From Paraglomus brasilianum (Eukaryota): a stretch of DNA of 48,531 nt. The notes under the pieces are model-generated. The model ran no database searches. It saw only the letters and a list, made by a program, of their open reading frames with translations, and was not told where the DNA came from. Position numbers and translations under genes: made by a program. Shown here piece after piece: positions 10,211-22,800 of the stretch. The stretch spans positions 1 through 48,531 of the forward strand of contig CAJVPI010000149.1 of assembly GCA_910592345.1 (NCBI GenBank), given 5' to 3'. Numbering within the stretch: the stretch's first letter is position 1; each line of letters begins with the position of its first letter.

Positions 10211-13200
10211 ATGGCATATGAGGTATAGAAAAGCAAACATATGCTAAATATTCCATTTATTTGTTCTTAACCAAAACCACTATTTACTTTGTAGGAGACT
10301 GAAAGCTCAATTCCCTTTACAGCTGACTCGATCAGTTCTAGCTCAACAACCAGCTATGTATCAGACAACGTTCTCATGACAAGTGTTCCTAGTGCTTTTT
10401 CAATGACATCAACACCGAGTAACACTGTAAATCAAGGCAATTTTCCTAAAGTTATACTTCAATTAATGGAACAAGGGCTTATGTCAGCAGATGAGCAGAT
10501 AGAGGAATTGTTAACAGGCTTGAAATATTCTCAGAATATTTATGCTCTCAAATACATTCTTGAACATAAAAGAGATTCTGTGTCAGTGGATATATTAGAT
10601 ACAGCTGTGAAGAGTCTATGTTCTCAAGAATTTGATGATGTGTTTTCAGAAGAAATGACCATTAAATTGGAATGGCGACTACATATTATTATTACTATAC
10701 TGAAGCAGATGTGTCAGAATAAGTGTCGATTTACATGTCAGTTTATTGATGTCATTAGACAAGCCACTTCTAAATACAAGAATGCACATTCAAAGATTAT
10801 ACAGCATGGAGGAGAAACTTGGGAACTTAAATTTGCAGGATCTAACAAATCAGACAAAACTATCAAAAACTTTAAATATAATTACAATAGTAGATACCTT
10901 CTCAAGCTCATTAAGTATACATTAAACAATGTTTGTGATGAGAAAAACCAGTTCCAGACAAATGTTGATCAAGCCATTGCAGCATTAAAGTGTTTACTTG
11001 TTGCTGTTCCTGGATTGGCTAAAGTTGGGATTAAATCTTATACAGGAGTTGAAGTCCCTCTTGGTGACTTTGACTTGGAGAGATCATGGAAATATCTAGC
11101 AGAAGCCTTCCACATTGAACCATCAGGTAAGCCATGGTATGCAACCTGGAGACAACTTGTTATATTACAAGATAGTCTTGACAAATGGTGTGAACAAGAG
11201 TCTATCATTTCAGCAAGCTTTAAAGAAAGAGTACTTCTTGAGTATCTCTGGTATCATATCAGTTTATGTTATGCTGAAAATGCAGCAGAAAATCAGGATG
11301 TTAGTGATGAACTCTGGTTTGGCGTTTTAGATATTATCCAGCAACTTGTATGGAAAACATTTTCTCCAACTACTCAAGCTATTTGTTATTACGTAGCATT
11401 AGACTCATTAAAAAATGCTATCACTGAATCTATTCAATTCAAATCAATTGAAGTGTTACTGAGTCTTGAAGTCAAAAACAATGAATTGTTTGTTACAACT
11501 CCTGATGATATTTCTGGTTGTGATGAGAAGTATATACCAAGATTGGTTAGTATGTATTATTACCTGAGAGAGAAATTAGAAATTGAGTCAAAAATGATTC
11601 TGAAATATTTACCAGACCAAATAATGACAAGTTCTCAAAATAAGAAACAACAAGACAAAGGGAAAAAGAAAGGAAAAGGTGTTGAGAAAAATCCAATTGA
11701 CTTTATTGCAGAAGATCTAACATGTGCTATTGTTTGTGAAGCAGTTGGTGACTTTTATCAGCTTAATTGCCAACATATTATTAGCTCAAAGGTTCTTTTA
11801 TCATTAAACAACTTGGAGTGCCCTTATTGCAGAAGTGAAATTAGAAAGGATAAAGTGTATTATTTGCCACAACAAACTATATACAACAATGTTCAACACT
11901 ATTTTACTACAACAGATGCAGATTATCAAGGCAAGGTTGGATGCAATGCTACAGATTCAGAAATATTTGGTGATGACCTTAAAAAACAAAAAGGAAAGAA
12001 CAGAACAAGACCCACATGGAATTCAATTTTGAAATCATTAACAACACCAAGACCAAATATAGACAAGTTGCTTCAAAAAGCTAAAAGTGCATGTGAAAAT
12101 GATGAGTTGGAAAAGGCTTTGAACATTTATTCACAAATACTACAAACTGATTCCACAAATTATATAGTATTATGTAACAAAGCAAAAATCAAGTTGGATA
12201 TGAAACACTTTGAAAAAGCTCTGTTTGATATTGAGCCAGCAATTGAAGCAAACAAGGTTTATGATGATGCACGGTATTTAAGTTTAGTGGCACATATAGA
12301 ATTGGGGAATAAGAAAAAGGCTGAAGAAGATATTGGACATATTAGTCATCCAGATTGGCAAGATAAGGCATTTGATGTTATCAACAAATATGTAAACAAA
12401 CCTGAGTACTTTGATGTGGAGTGGTTTAAACTCCTTGTGGATAGTTGTCCTCATCAAGCAATGGATAAGTTAAATGACATCAATCAATGGCAATTACTGT
12501 GCAACTATCAGTTTAGAACAGATGATTACACGAGATGGTATAACACTGCTGTAACTTGGTATAACAAGTATAATAATACTACACATAATCACACAGATAC
12601 AGACGCGTTCTATGAAAAAGTATACTATATGCACAAAAGTAAGGGGCTACACTTCACTTGATTGCATAAATCTATATATTATTATGCATACTAAATTACT
12701 TTATATTTATTATTATTATAGGTCATCTGAAAGCACATTTTGCATTTGAAAGTCACATTGAAGAGAGGAATAAATGCTATGAGTAAGTAATTTATAAGAA
12801 TACCTATTGTTATAAAATATTGTTACTAATGTATAATGTTTATTATTTAATAGTTATGGGTATTGTTTGCGCCTTTATTGGAATAATAAAGTAAGTGTTT
12901 CATTATCAATACAATATAAATAGTCTAACGCTTTGTACAATGTTGTGAATATCAATTAATAAACGATTGCATATTAGTTAACAGTACCCATATTCCAAGT
13001 ACCTCCAAATAAATACAAACTCAGCATTTTGTTGTTCAATCATTGGGAGACAACAATTGCAATGACGGTAAGTGTCGAATTCCTCCCCCAACCTTCTTTA
13101 ACCCACCTTTCTTTAATCTTAATTGTATAATGAGCATAAACATTTGATTTTGTAGACAACAATAAAAACATCAACTGAAGAAATACAATGTGAGGAGATG

Positions 13201-13535
13201 GACATTGAATGTAAAGACCACTTTGCTGAATACATTTTACCATGCGTGGTTAACGTTTTGTCTAAAGATGACATTATTATAGAATTTGCTATCAGTCGTG
13301 TAACAGTAAGTATGGTTTATTTATTCATGACCTAGTGTGCATATGTATTCAATTATTCTAACTTTAACTTTATTTTAAGTCATACGTATATCTTTATTGG
13401 GTTTGTTTATATTCGGAAGAAAAGTTAAATACTGTGGAACGTGACTTGAAAGTTAAAACATTTCCAACTGGTGTAAAAAAGATTGATTATAGGCAATATT
13501 GTTACCCTGATAACACATATTCCATTTATCGTTAA
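10211..13535 (+). CDS. Multidomain putative E3 ligase, copy B, ~949 aa, tandem paralog of 2901-6119; exons 10211-10222, 10295-12638, 12722-12782, 12854-12890, 12978-13067, 13156-13305, 13380-13535
   Basis: Same exon structure and phases as copy A, with an open frame throughout. Long identical peptide blocks (e.g. FKERVLLEYLWYHISLCYAENAAENQDVSD). Homology extends from ~100 bp upstream (shared CCAAT) to just past the stop. Confidence 0.8.
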
Positions 13536-16500
13536 TGCGAACATTAATGGATACTCTACTAAACGGTACATAGTTGGTGCATTGAGCAATATGGGAGATA
13601 CGCATGACATGATGTAATATTTTTTGGTTATAATCTGTGTATGTCAATGTATTCAATTAGTCGATGTAAAGTCGATGTGTTTGGGAAATACTATGTTTTG
13701 TTTGGGAAATAAAGTGTTTGCTTTTTTTATCATTATTTATTGAGTGGGAAGGTGTACGTGGTAATAAATATTTCACCATTGCATCGATGACATTATACGT
13801 TTTTTTGTTCCAAGCGGTTATATTCTTGTATCGACATTAATGGTAAAGTATGACGTTTTTTTGAGAAATGACTGTATCCTGTATTTAGAAGGTTACATGA
13901 ACTTGCATGGCTTGACGATCGATACTAGTAACAACGCCTATAGTGCCGCTACCGATCTAGTGTAAACAAGACACTTATGCCAATTAAAATCTTACACATC
14001 AACTTTTATTTGATACATATCATTTGTTATACGTTTATACGGTCAATAGACTTTTCTGTTCCATTTTTTGTGTCTTTGATGTTGACGCTAATTTGTCGGG
14101 GTATCAGTAAATGAATATGTAATCATTTCAACCGTCTTTTTACTAAATAGGATGGTATTGATTTTATGTGCTTTTAATAACAGGAGAATGTGCATAAGTA
14201 TGAAATTCGGGTTTTTACTAGTCATACTATAAACAACTTTGTTTTTTTCTTTGTTACTGACAAACACCATTGCTATTGTACGATTATCATGTCATATATT
14301 CGTACTAACTCTTAGACTAAAGTGGATAATACTAACATACTATTTGGCATGAGAATTTGTGACAAACGACCAGGAAATACATTAAAATACTAAAATATTG
14401 GTCACAACAGCTGTCCGCAACATTGACAATAGCCTGCATCAAACGACCACAACAGCCCACAACAAAGGCTAGAATACTAGCACGGAAAAGAAAACGGTGG
14501 TAATATTTTTGCATAGGATATTGAACATTTATTTTCTGAGTGCAGTATTTTATTACCAAATTCATTATTGGGTGGTTTATTTTCGACCGGTTTGACTGGA
14601 GTTGACTTTGGATGTGTTATTAGTGGTGGTGGCAGTTTTTTAATTGTACCGAGAAACAGTAGCGTTGTATAATAAGTAATTTTGTGTGAAAGCATGAGAC
14701 GTTTATGGTCTGTGTTGAATATAATGTGTTGAGGAGAAGTATGAGTAAAGCTGACAGGAAGAAGTTGTTTGGATTTTAAGCGTCGTAGTAGTTTCTTTCC
14801 CCGTCGAACGATTGTCAACAATCTTAAAGATTATTATAGTGTATGTCGCGAGCATAATTAAAATGTTGCGATTGATTGCACCTTTCACATCATTTCGTGT
14901 TATGACATAATATTTATCAACGCTGTTTACTATATCGTGTGAATAAAATAAAAATTTTTAATAAGGTAAACATCAGCTGATAGTTGGGGATTCTTACCTT
15001 CCGAAGTATTTCAATAATTGATAGATTAATTAATATGTTGTACGTGCATATTAATATGCGCATGTATGTCATTGGGTTAAAAATATACACAAAAATATTG
15101 TGCAACTTTATTTGTTACATTCTATTTATGCAGGAAAATAACCGATATACCGTTAAAAAACTGATATAGGTCACAATTGAAGGTGCTTCATTACCCATGC
15201 ATGTGACAAAAGTTGATAATTTTCTCAAGAACCAGTAATGGTAAGGCAACTGTAATGTATTCTTTTTTTCAAGCGAAGTTTCGAATTCACACTTCATTCA
15301 AGAAAAAACTTGCAACAGCAAACATTGATATAACAAAATAATTACAGCATTATCCGAAATACTTCTCTGTTCCTCACCCCCCGCAAATGCCTCTAATTCA
15401 GTAGTGTTTGTCTTTCCACGCTTTGCTTAACAATTACCCATAGGTATTAGAATGGAAATTTCTTCGCCCAGTGTTTGCGTGTTTCAAGTCATTGTCTTGG
15501 TAAACCATTAATAATAATAGCGTCCAAGCATCACCACCATTTCGAATATTATTCAGTGCCGCAAATTGCGTCACGTAAAATTTTACTTTTTTTGTTACAC
15601 ACTGTAAATACTTGCGTCTTTTCTCTTTATACACAAGTATTCGTCACTCCTTGAGATTTGGTGTCCAGTTTATTTTCCCAAATAGTAATCGTAAAGATTT
15701 ATGGAATCGATATCATGAGCCAGTACAGTATGTTTGGCATTATCTATTGTTCTATCGTACTGAACAAAAGCACGCGTTCGATTTTTTTCATGTGCCAATG
15801 CTCGATATAATTGTCGTACAAACTGGATGTTAAGAAAGCGAATACCTATTTATAAATACCGTCAATTAACCAAGTTGGCTATAGAATTTGATATGATATA
15901 CAATATCGATAATAACAAAAATCATCGTTGCTGTTGCATTTATTGTTACTTGCAGTGAGCGATATGAAATAAAACTTGATCGCGCAAGTAGAAACGTTAG
16001 AATAAGAACTAACAATCAAGCTAGTCAACGCGCTTTGTTACGCCGCTTTTACGCGTATTAGTATGCGTAACAAAAACACCCCAGTGAATTGCAAGAAACT
16101 TTGAATACAATCCTTGACAAGACAATTTTTTGAAACTGCAAAAAGCACATACAAACATACAGTAAGTATCACACATAAATTGGCCACGTAAATTCGAAGA
16201 AGCCAAATTTAGAATATCTCTGATTAAATTGCCTTCGAGGAAAGTACCCTTCAGCAATTTCGGTTTGTAAAAGCCCGGATAATGTTTCAAATAATCGAGT
16301 AAAATATCCAGAGAATGATACCACAGGTGCTTGAGTCTGAGAAATATGGTACATCGCTTAGCAGAATACGACATATGCTTTGTTTTATCATGTGGGGGAG
16401 TTTTTACTGCTATGGCCGACTACGTAATACCATGCGTAACGTTATGAACAATATGAAACACCTAAGAAGGCTGTAGAGATTGTTCGCTTTGATGACTAAG

Positions 16501-17024
16501 AGTGGGCGACCGCCATCAAGAACTGTTAGAAATATCAAACATCATGTGATGTGAAACGTATTGATTATTTGGATAATATCATCATCTTTCATACTATCTC
16601 GCTATAAAAGACCTTTTTGAAACAAAAACATCGTCATATCCAGTCTTCAAGTGACATCAATAAAGAATACTGTTATCCTTGCAACATGTAAATGTTTTAC
16701 TTTTATTATTTGACTACAATAAACGTCTTTTTTTTTGTCCTCTAATACAATTATAGTATATTAATAAATATGTATACGCTAGGTCACGTGGAATATAAAA
16801 TTTCACTCGCCTTATGCTTCTATTACTTTTTTATTACTGTTGATGCCGTCCGTGATCGAAAGACAATGCTGTATGCCATTTAATGCTGATAATAAACTAC
16901 AACACCGAACCAATATTCACAAATATCTATTTTTTATATTATCTTCACAGATAATGTCCTACTGTTATTCATCAATAAGTACGTCTTTTTCTTGCCGTTA
17001 GGATGTATTAGATACAAGTTGTAA

Positions 17025-19899
17025 TTAGTCGTCATTTACCCATAACTACAGTAAATAACCAAATTCAATTAGCCAGAACAAACAGTACAAGATTTAAAAA
17101 GATACTTGTAATTATACTTTACCTCCATCTTCCTTATGCCGTCCGAAGATGGGGCAGCATGTGAAAGAGCCATTTCCAGATCCTCCTGATCAGTTAAAGT
17201 GACCTTTGTGCCATCGTCATCCTTATATCTCAATTTAAACTGTGAGAGATTACCAAACTTTTCCTGAATTCGCCTGACAAGATCTTCATATGTTATAGTG
17301 TTGGGTACTATGAAGGCTCGGGTGTCTTTATGATAGCATTTGATTCGAATCTAAACAGCAATTCCGGAAATATTTATTAGCATACACGCCGAAAAGTGCC
17401 CTAGCGAAACCAATTACGTCGAAATGTCAAAACATACCTTAAAATTATCTTCCTTCTTCAAACCCTTCTTTCCACTTGTAATTTGCGGATTTACACCATT
17501 CTTCGCGTTAGGGGATAATAGGACAAATTGTGTATCATCTTCATCTCCATATTGATATGCATCGTCGCCATCTTGATTGAACAATATACTTGCATATGTT
17601 CTTGTATCTTCAGGACTTAGTTCGAGACCTTGCATGCCTTCTTGCCGGGGAGATAACATATATCCGGCTGCCTTCTGATTATCGGGAGGCGATTGAATCA
17701 TGCGTACTCCTTGATTATCACTGCTGCCATTCAACAATGTTAAGTTATTATCAGGTTTATTTCCATCCACATAATAACCATCATTATTCATAATGTAATC
17801 ATACAATTGATTGAAATCGTCGGTATTGTTTCCTGGATTTAAATTTTGATACGCGTTGGGGTAAACACCGTTTGATTCATCCGCCTGTTGTTGGATTGGT
17901 ATTTTTCCTTGCATGAATGGAGGCCGATAGTCGTTTGATGGAGTAAGCTCAACTCGAGGATTTGGAGATCGATCGCGGCGCAATGAATCTTGTCTTCGGG
18001 AAGGTAATCCCACATTCGCTACAGATGGATTAGGTGAGGGCTCGCGTCGAAGCGATCCATTTCTTGACACTTTCCGAAGAGAATTCTGACGAGCACTCGC
18101 AAGTTTTGGAGATGGACGGCCATTGTCAATAGTGTTGGATCGATAGTGGTTAGAAACAAGTATATCAGTTGGTCGACGAAGAGGGCGTGTTCCCCCCGTT
18201 TCATCACCCGGTATTAGTTTAGGCGGGCCAGCATTACGACCACCGCCTGGTGCAAGCGGGGCAGCTTCTCTCGTCGTTGGTAAAGTGTTCTTACGTTGCG
18301 GTTGGCGCCGGATACTTGGACGTGTGCTTATAGCAGGGAATGGTGGATTGCGCGGATTTGTTGATAATGAGCGTGGCCGATCGAGTGGCGATCCTGGACG
18401 CGAGCCGTTGCCATCAAACGAATCGACCCTTCCGTCGGTTCGCTCCTTGGTTATTGGTGCTGTTGTACTCATTTGCTGGTTCTGAATATGGCAGAATCGT
18501 TAATATCCGTTTGACGGGTGAAAGTATCCAATGTTATTTCCATTTACCTTCATCTGTTCTGCACCTGTAAATCCGACGAATGCATCTCCTGGATCGACAA
18601 CAGCAATCAATGTCGGCTCCCCTAGATAGTTTTTCGTTTTTACATTTTTCAACTTTCCTTCTGGTGGCCTATAGATTACTCCCACAGGAATGGAGAATAC
18701 CGTAAAACCCTAAAACAAAAAATCCAACAAGGCTGAAAGCGTTAATAATAAGAGTCGTATCTTTGATATCTGGTTTACTTACGAATGTTCGCGACAACCC
18801 AACCCATTATTGATATTACTATAACATTATGCTACACTCATACAAAATGTTTTGTATCTCGCATTTTCCCGTCAGTTCCTTTTGATGACATTATATAATA
18901 TATTACCTGGCCTTGAATGCTCATAGCTTCATCAATTACATCATGCTCTTCAGTTTGTTTTTCTTTCGCAGCATAAGCAAAATCATCCAAACCCTTTTCC
19001 GTCTGACCCAAATACAAATAACATAACCCTCGATTAAATAAAACTTCACATGAATATAGACGGAATTTGAGACCAAGTTGCTCATAATCTATCAGCATGT
19101 TACCGCGAAGATACTGTTATATAAATAGTTGATTAGCGTCAGTTCAATAGAGCATAAAATGAACAAAGCAAAAAAAAAAAAGTCAGCTTACAAGCAATGC
19201 GTCATTGAAACTCGTGAGTGCAGCTTCAAAATCACTCAATAGAAAATGGGAGACACCCTTTTGAAAGTAGGCTACTGCAAAGTATATATCCAATTTGGTT
19301 GCCTGTTCGTATGATCGACACTAACATTACAAGGCAAGACCCGGTCAATCAATATTAGAGGAGACGGCAAACAAATTCCAATAAAAACGACCTAAACAAC
19401 GACTTAATCACCGGAACACATAACACAGCTCGTTTTACGACTTACAGCTTCTTCATGCTCTCCACAGGTTGCGTATATCAATCCCATATTGAAATGAAAT
19501 TTTGCAGAGTCTGCAATACTCTGGTAATCGACATGAAAGCAAACCAACGATAAAGATTAGTTTTATTCAGACGAATTCTGTACAAAAAACAGAAAGGAAG
19601 AATGAAATGGTCGCACTAACCTCAAAAACCTCGAGAGCTCTGTTAAAGTCGTCCTCTTCGTAAGCGGCAACAGCAGAGGCCCATTGTTCTAATTCATACT
19701 AAGGGAATATAATAAACTGGTCAGCGTCAAGTTTAGAGACAACAAGAAACGGTGGCCAAAGTCTATAATCGAACAATCAGTTCTGTCATAGATATTCTGC
19801 ACGCTGTAGAAGGTGTGCTCGTCGTAGACAAATGCACGATTTCCGATAAATTAACTATACACGCTCACAAAATATATCAGAATTAACCTTTAAAGCCAT
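17025..19899 (-). CDS. noxR: NADPH oxidase regulator NoxR (p67phox-like; TPR + NADPH-binding region + PB1), ~651 aa; exons 19888-19899, 19621-19698, 19446-19520, 19192-19320, 18907-19113, 18548-18709, 17438-18481, 17123-17350, 17025-17045
   Basis: MALK-YELEQW..., IADSAK.HFNMG, YLRGNMLIDYEQLGLKFRLYSCEVLFNRGLCY, GFTVFSIPVGVIYRP, and a C-terminal PB1 (IRIKCY...YKDDDG...DQEDLEMA). All introns are GT-AG, phase 0. Confidence 0.93.
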
Positions 19900-22800
19900 T
19901 TATATGGGTGTATGGTCCCGGACAAAAAGTTTAATAGAGAGAATGTGTACGTGTTTGTTGTAAATGTGGTTCGTTGCTCTTTGATGGCGAGTAATAAGTT
20001 TCCGGTCAGATAATATTTATCCAAAAATAATCGAGCGTTAATATTTATATGGTGTTGTTTGTTTTTTGCTGGTTTTTTTTTGTAGTACTTGACTGAGTAA
20101 ATCGTGAAAGACAAGCGTGCAGTTGAATGTAGAATGTAGTAACCAGAGACTTAGTAAGTTGGACAAGATAAATGATTGTTCCAGCAACCAATAGAGATGT
20201 TCAAAGACAAAGAACGATCAAAAGACTATTTGAGTCTTAGCTGATAAAGAAGTTAACAACCTTCTATATTGGAAAGAAAGGAAAGATGTAAAGGGGATGA
20301 TGGACATAGCCATCCATCAAACGACAATGCACTCTGTGCGACTCCTGGTTTCATGAGCTTGTCATCCAATATTAGCGTATGGGCCAGTCATTGGACAACA
20401 CTGTATGGAATTTTCGATTTTTGTAGCACATAATCATGATAATTGGGGGGTGATTCAGTCAACAGTCTTTAAGACTTATGTAAATATCCAGGGCAAAGAG
20501 ATGCTATGGTCATTTCCAGTTGTACATAAAAGGCTTCATTATTGTTGTACGAGTTAATTTAAGCGACGAACGAGCGTTTTTAAAGTGAATAGCACATTCG
20601 CCTGATTTGGTTTGTTTTAATTTCGATGGAAATTTCTGTCATTTGAACTTACCCCCTTTATACATCGATATACGGCAACTTATTGACTAGGATGAAACAG
20701 AGAGAAATAAACCAATTTACGTTTATGAAGTTGTCCAGGGACAATATGTTACTGGGAAGGGTACAGCCTGTGTTTCATTATTAATGTTCCTAGCGTAAAA
20801 TTAAAGTTACTCGTCTCAACATCATCTTACCGTAAGCAGTCCGTTGTTATTATTATAGATCCACGTCACAACCATCGTTAAAACAAGCAATTCTGATATT
20901 CAATAGTGTCACAGATAAGGTTAGATTTCGTAAACTTAAAACTGGTTTCGACAATGGAGGGTTTTGCGACGGGTTTGAAATAATTTCGTATTATTCGGCT
21001 GTGACAATAGTTTATCCCTTTATGGTATTGTACTTCCAATTATCATAGGGGCTATTTTGAGTTATTTTGAGTAAATTTGGTATATTCAACTGATAATTCT
21101 AACGTTACGTCATGATTGCCATAAACTTGGATGTGCGAAATTAGTCGCGCTTTGCAACACAGCAGTTTGACTCGTTTTCGTATTACGCAAATTAAAGCCT
21201 TTAATCCAATATTCCGTTGTTGGTTTTGGCATCACGCCACTTTTTTTTTAACTGTTATTGGCTGCGAATATCGTATGATTAACTTTCCTGAACTGTACCA
21301 CACCCGAATCGTTAATAACCAGACGCCCGATTGCCCGTTATAGCACAAATGAACTATTTCATTATTGTATTTATTGTCAAATCTCTTGAAATTCGTTCCG
21401 ATATGAAAGTATCAAAATAGTGTAAAATGAGCGGATCGGGAAGAGCTAAAATATAAAATCGTTTATTTTACTGCAATTGTTTTGATAACCTCGATATCTT
21501 CAGTCTGTCTTTTCGGTTCTGCCTTATATTTACTTCATACAAGTTCATGTGAATACACGCATCAACTCACGCTGGGAACATGAAATCACAATAGCATATA
21601 TACCTCAATTAAACTTGGGTTGGATGCAGCCTCTCAATGCTCAGCATGTAACGATCGATCACACATGACACTCACATCATAAGTTGGTATATGAAAAGTA
21701 AACGTCTGCTGTATTTAATTGGTGTAAACGCAGTCTATTTAACACATTTAATTTATGGCTACTTTTCTCTCCCACGTGCAAGGAAAAAATTCATACAAGC
21801 ACGAGCAAACAGATCCTAAACCAAGTCGATAATTGTCTACATATGACCTGTTTCACTGCAGCTGCAATGAAGTAAAGTAATGGAAATCGCTTGTATAACG
21901 TCCGTACAACATTGCTGATTACATATTTTGAGACGCTTCAGATAGCCATTCCCTATAAAGAGATTGGAAATGATTGACCACAAATTAAATGAATATATCG
22001 CAATTATGACTGTGAATACTAATCAATGTTATTGTGCTCGGTTATATGTCTCTTTGCCAAAATATTCTGATAATAATACTGCATTGCATCCAATTAATTG
22101 TGTAACGATCACAACAACCAATCAGGATTATGTCTATAAATATAGAAAAATTGCAGTCTTTTCCAAACCGTCAATTGAAGGAATTATGTCCCTAGAGTCG
22201 GCGGATACCGTAGAATGCAACGAGCATGGTACAGTACAGCATAACCTTTAAATCCCCGATCGCCATTCCCAAATCCAAATTTCATGCGTGCCGATCATTC
22301 GGCATTTCCTAACCAAATATGGCTTATTGCACCGGCATCCAACCAGAAAGTTAATCTTATCGGGGATTGCCCCTCATCTGGACCAAAGATTAAATTGGCA
22401 TTCTTACAAGTTACCAGATTTGGCAGGTAAGTATTTATTTTCTACGACAGAAAACATGATTGGTATGTCCATGTTGGTTATTATTATGTTCTGCGTTTAT
22501 TATTAAAGGCCTTCTCAACAGCCGATCAATTTGGAAACGTATAAGTAGCGGTAGGGGCATCAGACTGTATTTAGGTTTTGTGTGACATATTAAATTAATA
22601 AAAATAAGTTAGGGGTTCATATGAAAAAATAAACAATTTCCAATTTAATCGATGCCCTACCTAGTTAAGGCAATAATTTCCAAATTTGATCGGGCATCGA
22701 GTCCTAAAAGTACGTTTGAGGAAAAAAAAAGCCAAAACGGTACATTGGCTACCGATATTTACAAAGCGATATTGCCCTTATTACCTTACCTAAGAACATC

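Noticed and set aside
16034..16074. 10-bp hairpin TTTGTTACGC...GCGTAACAAA resembling the LTR termini
   Set aside because: It is only 41 bp with no internal LTR homology and is likely chance.
14088..16374. Several short minus-strand ORFs with scattered splice-like signals
   Set aside because: I could not assemble a consistent gene or recognise a family; these may be old relics.
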